A stretch of 64,000 nucleotides of DNA from a virus: positions 1-64,000 of the IMG/VR virus record IMGVR_UViG_3300021197_001203. One strand, written 5' to 3'. The position numbers and the translations under genes were made by a program. Numbering within the stretch: the first letter of the stretch is position 1; every line of letters starts with the position of its first letter. The notes under the pieces are model-generated. The model saw only the letters and a list, made by a program, of their open reading frames with translations, searched no databases and was not told where the DNA came from. Below are positions 20,016 to 30,108 of this stretch, piece by piece.

Positions 20016-21378
20016 CCATCCACCCTAATCTCTTCTGCCATGTGGGACCATCTAATATCATAATATTTTCACGATATTCCTTTGTAGCTTGAACCGCCAA
20101 ACCCAAAGCTAAAACCATATCGTCATGAGAACCTAAACTCTCCATGCGACCATTTTCTAACATAGTAAAATTAGACAACTCAGTGAGTAGTGCGTTCATA
20201 TGCCTTCTTGTCCCTTCATGATTCTTGTAAGGTATAATCAGGTGTTGCTGTTCAAAATGAAGTTGTAAGGTGTGCATTATAGCCTCTTTTTTCATACGAG
20301 ACATATTGAATGGTTTAATGGGTAAATCGCTTATTTCTTTTAGCACCTGATTAAATGCCATAGCAAAATTGTTTGTCTCCAATTCAATTATAACAGGGTT
20401 AAATCTAGCATTCAATTCAATTATTTTATCTATCTGATGACTAAAGTCCATACCTTTTTCGTGATGAACATGAATTATTCTCTTATGTCTATTTTCATCC
20501 ATTCCTATAACCATCATACAAGTGTAATCAGCAGATCGGTTAGCACTAATCGCCGGGTCCCAACCAATGTAATAATTTAGCTCTTCTTCAGATTCAGGAT
20601 AATATGACAAAGCTAAACTTTGGTCCTTTACACGTTCAAGCATATCTTCAGGAAAAAGACTGGCTTCACTGGCGATTGGTTTACACAGGTACTCACGGGT
20701 AAATGCTATTGAAGTCATTTCCCCCCTTCTAGCATTCAAAGCTTCAAGAGACCATCTTTCAGGCCACAAGGGGTCTCCTGTTGCTTCATTAATCGCAGGG
20801 TACTCTCCAACGACATAACCGTCCAAAGCCTTCAATTCAGAATACAAATCAGTAAATGAAAACGGAGTCCCGACTATACATAATCTAGCTGTATGGTGAA
20901 GAACTGGTAGTAATGCGGTATAAAACCAAGTCGATATTGCTTTCAGCTGCGTTTGCGCTTCACTTGACAATATGTCATCTAAAACCACTATGTCAGGGTG
21001 CGCCCCTCTCACTGCTTTGCCGACTGACATAGCACGTATGGAGGATTTATTTGTCATCTTGAACAATTGCTTTGCCCATCCTCTTTTGGGTTTTAGATGC
21101 TGTAATGCGGGGGTTGTTTCTATTAATTCATTCATTTTACCCATGTGGTCAATGGACTGATGCTGACTGTGGCTGAAAAATAAAACTTCTGTATTTGGCC
21201 TGTAAGCCATTTTCCATAAAAGATAACATCTGAAAAATACTGATTTACCATGATCACGACTGGCTATTACACAAGTTTTAGTGTGGCCTTCTGACATCTC
21301 ATACCATTCTTTATGAAAATCCGCCAATTGAAAACCGCAAATATCTTCAAAAAAGAATCTGAAATCTTTACGCCCCAT
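20008..21378 (-). CDS. terL: Terminase large subunit
   Basis: Walker A ASRDHGKS, Walker B DIVVLDD, IVGTP coupling motif, nuclease motifs IGWDPA and HDDMVLAL. May start at an in-frame CTG at 21423. Confidence 0.93.
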   Translation of the reverse strand: MGRKDFRFFFEDICGFQLADFHKEWYEMSEGHTKTCVIASRDHGKSVFFRCYLLWKMAYRPNTEVLFFSHSQHQSIDHMGKMNELIETTPALQHLKPKRGWAKQLFKMTNKSSIRAMSVGKAVRGAHPDIVVLDDILSSEAQTQLKAISTWFYTALLPVLHHTARLCIVGTPFSFTDLYSELKALDGYVVGEYPAINEATGDPLWPERWSLEALNARRGEMTSIAFTREYLCKPIASEASLFPEDMLERVKDQSLALSYYPESEEELNYYIGWDPAISANRSADYTCMMVIGMDENRHKRIIHVHHEKGMDFSHQIDKIIELNARFNPVIIELETNNFAMAFNQVLKEISDLPIKPFNMSRMKKEAIMHTLQLHFEQQHLIIPYKNHEGTRRHMNALLTELSNFTMLENGRMESLGSHDDMVLALGLAVQATKEYRENIMILDGPTWQKRLGWMDA

Positions 21379-21415
21379 TTCAAAATCAACTTTACTGGCT
21401 AATTTCTGAACCGCT

Positions 21416-23158
21416 TCACTCAGAATCCCACCCCCTCGGTAGTAAGCTGGTATTGCTGAAGCTTGTATCTTCTTTTGGCATCATTGAAGGTAGCATACTA
21501 AGGTCGTCTCCCTCCCGTGTGTCAAATCCCGATTTTGCTAAAATATCATGAGCAGGATTAGAAACAAAAACTGGGCCATCGGTTGTATCGGCCCAAGCCC
21601 CAGCTTCAACTGCTTGCTCAGTCGATACCGGAGGCGGAGTATTATTCACTCGGAATGCTTCAGGATTATGGAATGGATTAGCAAACGGGTTAGCAACTGG
21701 GGTCCATGTTTCCGATTTAATTACTTTACCTGTTTTTTGATTTATCGCTTTACTTCCGGGCATAGGGAAATACAATGGTAAAGGTACTGTCCTATTTTTC
21801 GTACCTTCACTTTGACGCTTAACTTGGTCAACTGTGGTATATGGTGAAGCGATGGATGATATAGACCTTGAAGTGGTTTGCCCTAATGCTTTATTTGGTC
21901 TTTTTAGACTGTCTAAAGGAACACCTTCAGGGCGGTCAGGGTGAAAAGCAACAGTTATCGCTTTACCATCTTTGTCTTTACCTCGGCCAACAGTCCACCC
22001 TGTTTTCCCGTTTAGTTTTACTGGATTGCCTCTTACGTCTAATACTGGTATTGGTTTGCCTTCGCCCCAAGCCTCAAGTGCTTGTTCGGGATTATCAGTC
22101 ATACTGGTCTGAGCTTTACCCCTATTGAGTTTATTTACTGATTCAGGAAGTTTGAAGGCCGCAGTATCGGTGTAATCCATATCAGGGTTTTCTTCTAATG
22201 TCGCTCGATCCTGCTTTGCTTGAAGTTCTAAAAGTTGATTTTCTTTTCCTTCAATGACCGACTTTTTCCTCATTTGGTTAATTTCCTTTGGCGTAGTGTT
22301 CATTTTATCTGCTAACAGCTTAACCTCGGATGTTCGATTAAATTGATTTAATTGGTCTATATGTGCATCCGAACCCCCGGCTGCGAGTTTGCACAACGTA
22401 GCAAAGGACCTACCCACATCTTCAGGGTTATCTCCATTCATCATATCTATCAAAGTCAAAGCGTTGATTTTGTTTTCAGCATATTCTTTTTCATCATCTT
22501 GAGGCACAGTCATATTAGGTGTCGAAACCCCATTCCTGCCGTCCTCCATACCCTGTGTCTTAGCATCAACTATTGGTGAACCAAGTTCTTCGACCTTTTC
22601 TGCATCATCCGGCTGCGGCATAAAATGGTGATTTGTTTCATCGCCATGTTGATCAGGTTCATACCCTTGATTGAATCTGTCATCGCCACGGTCATCGGCA
22701 TATTCTATCTTAGGCTCGTCTTCCTCAGCTTCGGGTGTTTTCATGCCGTCCCCCGCCTTTGTTTTTTTAGGGGTTTTTTTTGGTTTTGGTATTTCCGCTA
22801 GAGTATCAGGTTTAGTCTCAGGCTCGACCACCGATTCTTCGACTTTTTCTTCGGGAATATCCGCTAATGTATCGGGCTTAGTCTCAGGCTCAACCTTCGG
22901 TTCTTCAATTGCGGGTTCTTCAATTGCGGGTTCTTCAATTGCGGGTTCCTCGATTACGGGTTCAGGCAAACGAAACTTGTCCCTCGGATTTATTTGACCC
23001 ATAAGAGTATTAGCCACTTCATCACGATAAGCCTCTCTCAACTGAGCTTGCCTACGAGCATTCCTAAAATCTTCTATCAGTCCCTTTTCAAAGTCTGATT
23101 CGCCAACGTCTTGTTTGGCTAAATCCCAAGCCTGATCGAATATATCATCTGAAGGCAT
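21416..23158 (-). CDS. Tagged acidic low-complexity protein (putative internal virion protein)
   Basis: Likely start MPSDDIFDQAWDLAK at 23158. Contains IEEPA and EPETKPDTLA repeats. Confidence 0.7.
   Translation of the reverse strand: MPSDDIFDQAWDLAKQDVGESDFEKGLIEDFRNARRQAQLREAYRDEVANTLMGQINPRDKFRLPEPVIEEPAIEEPAIEEPAIEEPKVEPETKPDTLADIPEEKVEESVVEPETKPDTLAEIPKPKKTPKKTKAGDGMKTPEAEEDEPKIEYADDRGDDRFNQGYEPDQHGDETNHHFMPQPDDAEKVEELGSPIVDAKTQGMEDGRNGVSTPNMTVPQDDEKEYAENKINALTLIDMMNGDNPEDVGRSFATLCKLAAGGSDAHIDQLNQFNRTSEVKLLADKMNTTPKEINQMRKKSVIEGKENQLLELQAKQDRATLEENPDMDYTDTAAFKLPESVNKLNRGKAQTSMTDNPEQALEAWGEGKPIPVLDVRGNPVKLNGKTGWTVGRGKDKDGKAITVAFHPDRPEGVPLDSLKRPNKALGQTTSRSISSIASPYTTVDQVKRQSEGTKNRTVPLPLYFPMPGSKAINQKTGKVIKSETWTPVANPFANPFHNPEAFRVNNTPPPVSTEQAVEAGAWADTTDGPVFVSNPAHDILAKSGFDTREGDDLSMLPSMMPKEDTSFSNTSLLPRGWDSE
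22899..22955. repeat. 15-bp tandem repeat (GGTTCTTCAATTGCG) encoding IEEPA
   Basis: Two perfect copies plus degenerate copies. Confidence 0.8.
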
Positions 23159-24365
23159 CTCTAATTGCCCCCGTAGTATTCTGTTCACGAATTGACATTA
23201 AATCACCACGGTACTCATAATGTTTAGCGAGTGTCATACTCATTTCCATTTCATATTCGGTATCAGACCTTAATAATCTGTTTCCTATATTAGCTGCACC
23301 CTGAGCTATTTTATTTGCCCCGTATTCCGTAGCAGCACCGACCCCGGCCACTGCCCCTGATAGCCCCAATGTCCTACCAAATGTTTTAGCTGCATTGTTT
23401 ACTGATTCATTACGAGTTGTTTTGATACTACCATCGGGGTTAGTCGTGGATGTTTCTGATACATCTTTACCCGGAACTAAACCCCTCCAGCCCGGTATTT
23501 TTATACCGCCTGAATCTGTTCCGCCCAAAGCTTGGTCTTTCCAATTCCCTAACTTATTTCCTGCTGGTTTATTGACCGTCACATTTTCTTGAGGGGGGTT
23601 AGGGGTTTGGCCTCCCTCGTTCCTTATATCATCTGTAATATTGAATGGGTCTTGATAGCCGCTAGCAGCGTCAAATGCCTGTTGGCTTTCGGGGTCTGCT
23701 AAAGTTCTAAGCGGTCCTTGACCTTCAGGGCTTCCGCCCGTTCCAAGAGCCTTCATTTTTCTTCGATTCGCCGCTGTGAGTTTTCGATTTGCTTGATCTT
23801 TATCTTGGTTTTCTCTATATCCCGCTTGTTCTTCAGGTGTCATATTTAGATTTTTTTGCTGAAATCTAGCCGCATTTGCGGCAGTAGGCATTTTGAAATC
23901 CATAGCTGCACCTACACGGTCTCCTATACCGCTAAAAATACCAGTCTTCACTCTTTGAGGCGTGGGTTCTCCCGGTTTTCGCATAAAATCTTGTACGTTT
24001 GTCCGAGCTTGATCCATATCCTCCCGAAGCCTATCCAGCCCCGGTGTGCCCGTTGGTTGTCCCGCTAGATTATCTAAACCCGGCGTAGCTGGTTGTCCCG
24101 CTAGATTATCTAAACCCGGCGTAGTGCTTTCATTTTTAGGAGGTATAGAAGTAGTAGGTTCAACGGCTGGTTCAATACCAGCAGCATCGTTTAATCTTTG
24201 TTTGTAGCTGGATTGGTTTGTTTTAGTTTCTTGATTGAGTCCATCAGCTTCGCCTTTTGCTGGTTTGGGCATAGCGTCTATTTTTCTATTTCTTAACCCT
24301 GTGCCCATTTGACTTGTGGTCTGCGGTGAAAACTTAACAACATTCCAAGCTTCTTCAAAACTCAT
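23145..24365 (-). CDS. Tagged Gly/Pro/Asn-rich protein (putative internal/ejection protein)
   Basis: Starts MSFEEAWNVVK. Has a duplicated TPGLDNLAGQP (~24054-24125). Confidence 0.7.
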   Translation of the reverse strand: MSFEEAWNVVKFSPQTTSQMGTGLRNRKIDAMPKPAKGEADGLNQETKTNQSSYKQRLNDAAGIEPAVEPTTSIPPKNESTTPGLDNLAGQPATPGLDNLAGQPTGTPGLDRLREDMDQARTNVQDFMRKPGEPTPQRVKTGIFSGIGDRVGAAMDFKMPTAANAARFQQKNLNMTPEEQAGYRENQDKDQANRKLTAANRRKMKALGTGGSPEGQGPLRTLADPESQQAFDAASGYQDPFNITDDIRNEGGQTPNPPQENVTVNKPAGNKLGNWKDQALGGTDSGGIKIPGWRGLVPGKDVSETSTTNPDGSIKTTRNESVNNAAKTFGRTLGLSGAVAGVGAATEYGANKIAQGAANIGNRLLRSDTEYEMEMSMTLAKHYEYRGDLMSIREQNTTGAIRDAFR

Positions 24366-26254
24366 GAAAACGCCACCTTTACCATTTGTACCTTTTCGTG
24401 ATCGACTCCAATTGTATGAGCAATATTACGCCAATCTCCTTTTGTGAATAAGATACTAATTACATCAGCCGTTGGTCTTTGAATATGTGCGCCCATCATA
24501 GCAATGTCAGTAGGTGAATTAATGTCAAAAGAAGGGACAGGGGTTAAATCTTCAAGAGTCGCCTTTGCGATTTCTAATTGGACATTTTCAAGATATGACT
24601 CTAATTGATTAGCGTCTTCGGAACGTAAGATTTGTCCTCCGCCCGATAAGCGACCTAGTAAATCTGCTATTTGACTCATTACGCCTCCGCCCCCCTCGCT
24701 TTGATTAGGTGCATTCGGCAATGGTATATTGCTGTTTATACCGTTTCCTCGCTGACGCATGAAATCTTGCATATTTGGCGGCATTATTAATTCCCTTGTT
24801 GATGACGGGTGAGCCACGGTTTTCGCAGGAGGCCCCATTGATTGAATTGGAGGTGGTGGAGGTGCTGCTTCAATACGAGGCGGTGGGGGAGGAACCGTGG
24901 CTATTTCTCTTGGCTTGACTTCTTGTTCGGGTATAACAGGGGCGGGGTCAGTCAGCATACTGCCTGATGTTGTCAACTGTTCTGCTACTGACGGTGGCTT
25001 CTCAGAATCAAACCACTGCGGGACATCTTGTGTTGTTCTAACATGATGGTCTAATAACTGGTCAACAAATCTTTTACGTGTCCTACCGCCTTTGGACATC
25101 CTGACATTACGAACAAACTCTTTTGCCGATTCGTCATCCATATGGTGATTTTCTTTTAGGTAATTCATAACATTAGCATTTGGCTTATCAGATAACTCAT
25201 CGTATAACGAATGTCTAATATTATTATTCATATTCTTGAACCAGTTTGCCTCCCTGTGGTCAGGATGTATAACAGCCATAGGGTCTGTTTGAGGTGCTTG
25301 TGTTCCCGCACCCGGCGCAACACCGTTATTCATGGCTTCTTCTTGATCGATTACTTCATCAGGCACTGGTAAATCATCAGCGGAGTCATCTCTTACATTT
25401 CGACCATAGCTGGATTCGGGGGCATGATTGTGATGTCCAGTCATAGAAAAGGAACGCTTGTCAGCCATCCATTGTTCACTAGCATGGTCGATAGCCTCTT
25501 GATGTCCCAAACCCGAAGTTGTAGCCTCACTATAATGTCTTTTCAATTCGTTAAACATAGGGACTAATTGATCGTGGTCGTTTATACTTATCAAATTACG
25601 ATTAGAAAAGTCCTTATGTCCCCTGATCACTCTATCATTTCTCTTTGTTGATGCTAAACCCTGTGCCTGTAATGCTTCTTCGTATGGCCTAGCCCAGCCC
25701 TCGACATTCCCGCCAGCAGTGTATATTGAACTAGCAATATGCGTCACAAGTTGTCCGTTGTAAAACGGATTGACTACTTTTTTGTTGCCCGGAACTTGTA
25801 GCTGTGCTTTTTGTGCTGTCGCCCCTTGTTTCCATATTGGATTCAGTCGAACCTGCCCATTACGATTGACTTCAAATGGAAGCGGCATCGCTTGAAAGCC
25901 TCTTTGAGAGTTAAGCTTATTTTGTCCGTCAACTGCTTGATTAACTACTTCTGACCCTCTTTGTAATGCGGTAGCAAATGCTTGCTTATAGTCGGGGTCT
26001 TGAGGTCCATTGTGTATTGCTTCATACACCTTTTCGTCTATTAATTTGTTCTTATACGCCAACTCAACAGCATCAATTTCAGGGCCTGACAATTCACTTT
26101 GTCGTAAGTCGTAATGGTCTTGTTGTAAAGACATTACAGCCGACATAGGGTCATCATTACCAAGCATTGCCTGAAACAACTGTGTCATGTCATAAACGCC
26201 GTAGCCCTTTTGAACAGTAAAATAATCAGTGTCAAACATCCAAGCTCTTGACAT
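24362..26254 (-). CDS. Hypothetical large protein (Pro-rich C-terminal region), putative internal virion protein
   Basis: 630 aa, coupled to neighbours. VQK-G, LRS-E and IAK-A sites. Confidence 0.7.
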   Translation of the reverse strand: MSRAWMFDTDYFTVQKGYGVYDMTQLFQAMLGNDDPMSAVMSLQQDHYDLRQSELSGPEIDAVELAYKNKLIDEKVYEAIHNGPQDPDYKQAFATALQRGSEVVNQAVDGQNKLNSQRGFQAMPLPFEVNRNGQVRLNPIWKQGATAQKAQLQVPGNKKVVNPFYNGQLVTHIASSIYTAGGNVEGWARPYEEALQAQGLASTKRNDRVIRGHKDFSNRNLISINDHDQLVPMFNELKRHYSEATTSGLGHQEAIDHASEQWMADKRSFSMTGHHNHAPESSYGRNVRDDSADDLPVPDEVIDQEEAMNNGVAPGAGTQAPQTDPMAVIHPDHREANWFKNMNNNIRHSLYDELSDKPNANVMNYLKENHHMDDESAKEFVRNVRMSKGGRTRKRFVDQLLDHHVRTTQDVPQWFDSEKPPSVAEQLTTSGSMLTDPAPVIPEQEVKPREIATVPPPPPRIEAAPPPPPIQSMGPPAKTVAHPSSTRELIMPPNMQDFMRQRGNGINSNIPLPNAPNQSEGGGGVMSQIADLLGRLSGGGQILRSEDANQLESYLENVQLEIAKATLEDLTPVPSFDINSPTDIAMMGAHIQRPTADVISILFTKGDWRNIAHTIGVDHEKVQMVKVAFS

Positions 26255-27564
26255 TATCTCTTCCCCACGACACCTGCTGCTTGAAGTGCAGTAGGGTCTT
26301 CAAACATCCAAGCCTCATGGCCGTCATCTAACTTTGTGCCCCCAGTAGGTGCCGTAGCCACATCTTCACTTGCTCTAGCCCCTCTTTTTGCGTTTTCTTC
26401 TAATTCAGGAGTTGCTTTTGTAATTTTTTCAAGCTGTCTTAGCAACTTTTCAATTTTAGCCTTTAGACCTATTATCTCAGTACGAGACAATGTTTTGAGA
26501 CCGCCAGCTTTTGAGATTTCCATAGCCAACTTCAACGGGTCTTCTGTCCCTAAAGGGTCTCCTGACCCCGGTTCGACCTTTTGGTCATACTGTCTCCCAC
26601 TATCCATGCGAGTCCCTAGATTGGGGCTAGAGGGTAATCTTGTGCCTCCTGCTTTAGTGCCTCCAATAGTCGAACCACGGGTTGTATCTGAAGAAACGCC
26701 AGCAGATGCTGAACGGTGATGAGTCATTGATCTAGGCATTGCCCCTGATTGCCTACGCAGTTTTTCATTTGCTAGCTTACGTGCATATGCTATTGGGTCT
26801 CTATACTTCAATGATAACTCAGAATGGGACCCGGTTGTTCTTCTTCCTTGTTTACCTCGGTCCATAACTTGGTCTCTTTCACCACGATTGATTTGTCGTC
26901 TAGCTGCACCAGCTACTGTTGCTGTTGTCCTCTTAGGATTACGACTATTAGAGCCTTTTAATCTCCCTCCTGCCTTTTTCCTACCTCTCAAACCGCTACG
27001 TTTCTTCTTACGTTTGTTTTTGCGTTTGCTCTTTTGCTCTTCTTCATCGTCTTCTTCGTCATCGCTATACTTGCGACCCTTGTATTTTCTTCGTGCTTTT
27101 GATAAATCAGACAATGCGGTCTCTATTGTTTTTCCAAAAGTGGGACTCCTACCGTATGTGACGTAAGGGGTAGTGCTACGAACAGAACCCCTGTTTGCAC
27201 CAGCCGACAACGATAACCCATTCGCCCCTAAATCAACACCTAAACCAGTTTCAAGCAATTTATTCTCTTCTTCAAATCTTGGTGAATTGTCGATCATGCT
27301 ATCCATGTCTTCAGGCTTAATACTAATGTGAGTGATTGCAGGGGCCAATTCCAATAAAGCTCGCCTTCTTCTTTTATCAGGGTCTCTTTGTTCCCTGCTT
27401 TCGGTGTCCTCAGTAGTGTGCCTACCATGATGAGACAGGCCGTCATTGTCCTCATTGGGATTAATATCGAGGTCTAATACTTCACGGGGGTTGTGGCCTC
27501 CGGTGAACTCTTGTGTTCTAGGGTGATATATGTCCCCATTACCTCTTGGATTAGCCATACCCAT
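26254..27564 (-). CDS. Hypothetical protein with highly basic central segment (putative DNA-condensing core protein)
   Basis: KSKRKNKRKKKRSGLRGRKK tract flanked by LSK-A and ISK-A sites. Confidence 0.7.
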   Translation of the reverse strand: MGMANPRGNGDIYHPRTQEFTGGHNPREVLDLDINPNEDNDGLSHHGRHTTEDTESREQRDPDKRRRRALLELAPAITHISIKPEDMDSMIDNSPRFEEENKLLETGLGVDLGANGLSLSAGANRGSVRSTTPYVTYGRSPTFGKTIETALSDLSKARRKYKGRKYSDDEEDDEEEQKSKRKNKRKKKRSGLRGRKKAGGRLKGSNSRNPKRTTATVAGAARRQINRGERDQVMDRGKQGRRTTGSHSELSLKYRDPIAYARKLANEKLRRQSGAMPRSMTHHRSASAGVSSDTTRGSTIGGTKAGGTRLPSSPNLGTRMDSGRQYDQKVEPGSGDPLGTEDPLKLAMEISKAGGLKTLSRTEIIGLKAKIEKLLRQLEKITKATPELEENAKRGARASEDVATAPTGGTKLDDGHEAWMFEDPTALQAAGVVGKR

Positions 27565-27566
27565 AA

Positions 27567-28016
27567 TTAGACCTCCTGTTCTCTTTGAGACCTTAATCGC
27601 TCATTACTTCTAATCGTCTTGAAAGAACCTGATACTCTCAATGGTAGGTTAAGATACCAACTTGAAATGATCGGTGTCCTTGCATATGACTTTGCTAAAC
27701 CGATATAAGCATTTTTTAAGTCGCCAAAATGTTTCATAACCTTAGTAAAGGACATAGAATTATCATTATCGTCCAAATAAGAATACACTGCAAAACGAGT
27801 GGACATATTTTCAAAATACAAATCCTGAGATAATTTCTCAGCCTGTTCTTCTAACCCGAAGGGTATCATTGATTCGGCCCATTCTTTGACTACAAAATCA
27901 AGTCCTTCAACCATTATGAAAAAGTCATCCCACGTTTTAGGGAAATCCCCATGTAGGTACGATTCGTAAGGCGTATCACGAAGCTGAAGCTGGACTAAGT
28001 TTTTGTGTCCCGTCAT
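27567..28016 (-). CDS. Hypothetical protein
   Basis: 149-aa ORF with ATGA overlap. Confidence 0.65.
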   Translation of the reverse strand: MTGHKNLVQLQLRDTPYESYLHGDFPKTWDDFFIMVEGLDFVVKEWAESMIPFGLEEQAEKLSQDLYFENMSTRFAVYSYLDDNDNSMSFTKVMKHFGDLKNAYIGLAKSYARTPIISSWYLNLPLRVSGSFKTIRSNERLRSQREQEV

Positions 28017-28720
28017 TCCATCACCCCTGCTTCTGCCAACATTGTTCTAATCACACGCCATTCATCGGGTGCTTTTTCTGAAAAGTATTCCTGCATAATC
28101 GATATGACAGATATGCTTTCACTTTTGTCAATCTCCTTTAGACGGTCCATCCATTTCGCCAATTCACTTAATGTTTCTCTTACTTCTCGGTGCATTTTGA
28201 TAGCTAAGTCTAGGTCTTTAGTCGAAACCATATCGGGATGATTGTGCATTTCTTCGTCAAGGCGGTCAAGGTGTAAAGAAAATATCCTATCGAAACGATT
28301 CATATTTCTCTCTATTCGGTCAAGGGAATCATGAGCTGTTTTCAATGCCGTTGGTATAAGTTCTATATCTGCTTGTTTTTGTATCAATGGTTTTATGTGA
28401 GACTCCATATGGGTACTAACTGCTTCTTCACTGACACCCAATTCTTCTGCAAAATCAATTATTGATGCTCTATGGTCAAGAATAGCCGACTCTATATCTG
28501 CTCGATCAACATTCGTGCATATCGGGCAATCATCATTACTGTCGTTAGAAAAATCCCCAGCGTGTCTTCTCATGTGCCTATGTGCGGAACCTGAAGCCCA
28601 CCCTTGATCTTTATCCAAATCACTAGACACCAGCGTCCCAGCTCTTATCTGCAACTCTAAATGGTCCCGTTCAGGATGATTACAAAAGTCGCAATTATTA
28701 CGAGTCCTCCGACCACCCAT
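28013..28720 (-). CDS. Tandem CxxC-HTH-HxxxH Zn-finger protein with coiled coil (candidate terminase small subunit/DNA-binding)
   Basis: CDFC...HMRRH and CPIC...HMESH units, followed by a helical C-terminus. First gene of the run leading to terL. Confidence 0.55.
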   Translation of the reverse strand: MGGRRTRNNCDFCNHPERDHLELQIRAGTLVSSDLDKDQGWASGSAHRHMRRHAGDFSNDSNDDCPICTNVDRADIESAILDHRASIIDFAEELGVSEEAVSTHMESHIKPLIQKQADIELIPTALKTAHDSLDRIERNMNRFDRIFSLHLDRLDEEMHNHPDMVSTKDLDLAIKMHREVRETLSELAKWMDRLKEIDKSESISVISIMQEYFSEKAPDEWRVIRTMLAEAGVME

Positions 28721-28743
28721 AGTCTAACCACGTTATACCATAG

Positions 28744-29175
28744 TTATTGTGTCTTTTCTTTATATTTGTTCATATGTATGCCACAATAGCCTTTAGACGA
28801 CTCTGCCGACATTCTTCTTTTACACCTGCTGCCGTCAGCGATTGTCCCTATACACCTCTCTTCATCGGTAGGATTCCGATAACATTCAACACATACTCCA
28901 GTTTTGTATTTAGATTTCTTTTTCAAATGTATTCCACACCTGCTGCATACCCTCATTGTTGGTTTCCCGTCTTTAGGAGGGGTAGGTAAAAACGAATCAG
29001 CTAAACCATGTAAATCGTCAAGAGTAATTTTTCCATCATTGTTTCTATCCAATGTGTTTTTGGCCAAGTGTTTTACGTCTTGAAAATTAACTTTACCATC
29101 TTTATTGTAATCAAACGGGGAATAAACTTGTTGGGTATTAGAGTAATAGGGATTTCTTTGTGCCCCGAATCCCAT
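28744..29175 (-). CDS. EF-hand pair plus Zn-finger protein
   Basis: EF loops DYNKDGKVNFQD and DRNNDGKITLDD, then CSRC..CVEC and C....C...CGIH. Confidence 0.75.
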   Translation of the reverse strand: MGFGAQRNPYYSNTQQVYSPFDYNKDGKVNFQDVKHLAKNTLDRNNDGKITLDDLHGLADSFLPTPPKDGKPTMRVCSRCGIHLKKKSKYKTGVCVECYRNPTDEERCIGTIADGSRCKRRMSAESSKGYCGIHMNKYKEKTQ

Positions 29176-29189
29176 TGAAGGGGATGGGG

Positions 29190-29456
29190 CTACCGAAAAG
29201 CCGCATATTGTCTAACAGCTAAGAAGAATGTTAGGAAAACACCCATTATGGCAATCATAGACCATGTTGGGTCCATCGTAGGACCTTTCCATATCATCAC
29301 TGAGGTGATCAAAAGCATGAATGATATAATAAAAATCATCGTTGCACTTTCGACTAACATCTTATTTGGTGCAAACATTTCCATTGTAGTGTCAGTCATT
29401 GTAGTCCCATACGGCCTACTGTTGTATTGATTTCTTTCATTTGTTTTGTCCTGCAT
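29190..29456 (-). CDS. Two-TM membrane protein
   Basis: Two hydrophobic stretches (MIFIISFMLLITSVMIW and WSMIAIMGVFLTFFLAV). Confidence 0.7.
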   Translation of the reverse strand: MQDKTNERNQYNSRPYGTTMTDTTMEMFAPNKMLVESATMIFIISFMLLITSVMIWKGPTMDPTWSMIAIMGVFLTFFLAVRQYAAFR

Positions 29457-29465
29457 TCTAACACC

Positions 29466-30092
29466 TCAAAGTAATGCGGCTGCACCTGCACCCATAGCAC
29501 CCATGCCACCCTGCTGATTCATTTGTTGACCTAAGACGTTTCCTAGAAGACTACCGAAGAAACCGGGTTGGTTCTGACCATTCATCAAAGGGTTGTGGGC
29601 TTGTAATAGCATAGATGTTTGTTGTTGGTTCATTTGTAGCTGGTTATTACAAGACGTTTGTAGTCTTTGTAAAGTCAGACTAAGGTTCTCAGGCGACATA
29701 GTGACCATATTTTGAGGCATGGATGAAAGATCGAGTGTAATTTTGCCTTCTGCATCTGTCAAAAAAGTCACATTACTAAAGAAATCTTTCATTGAAAGCA
29801 TTATTATTTCAGTAAATAAATCCATAAAAGTACCCATGTTGGATGAAACCATGAATGATGAAACAGGGTCATAATACTGTAATAGGCGTGATGTAGCCAT
29901 TACAGGGTCATTCGCCATCTGTTGCATAAACGGATTTTGCATCTGCTGTTGCATCATCATTGGGTCCATACCGCCCATCATATTGTTAGTCATCATTCCT
30001 CCAAAGCCTCCCGCTGCTGCACCAGCACCATATGTGCTAGGTGCCCCGAATTGCTGTGTTGGTGTCGTTGTGTCTTTACTGAACCAGCCCAT
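29466..30092 (-). CDS. Met/Gln/Gly-rich low-complexity protein
   Basis: MGWF N-terminus, MMMQQQMQ tracts and a GFFGSLLG amphipathic segment. Confidence 0.7.
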   Translation of the reverse strand: MGWFSKDTTTPTQQFGAPSTYGAGAAAGGFGGMMTNNMMGGMDPMMMQQQMQNPFMQQMANDPVMATSRLLQYYDPVSSFMVSSNMGTFMDLFTEIIMLSMKDFFSNVTFLTDAEGKITLDLSSMPQNMVTMSPENLSLTLQRLQTSCNNQLQMNQQQTSMLLQAHNPLMNGQNQPGFFGSLLGNVLGQQMNQQGGMGAMGAGAAALL

Positions 30093-30108
30093 TTACTCAT
30101 GTCTCCTT

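Noticed and set aside
18705-21378. Intein or frameshifted intein in terminase
   Set aside because: TerL motifs are complete and contiguous. The LAGLIDADG-like ORF is separate and lacks Cys/Ser...His-Asn splice motifs.
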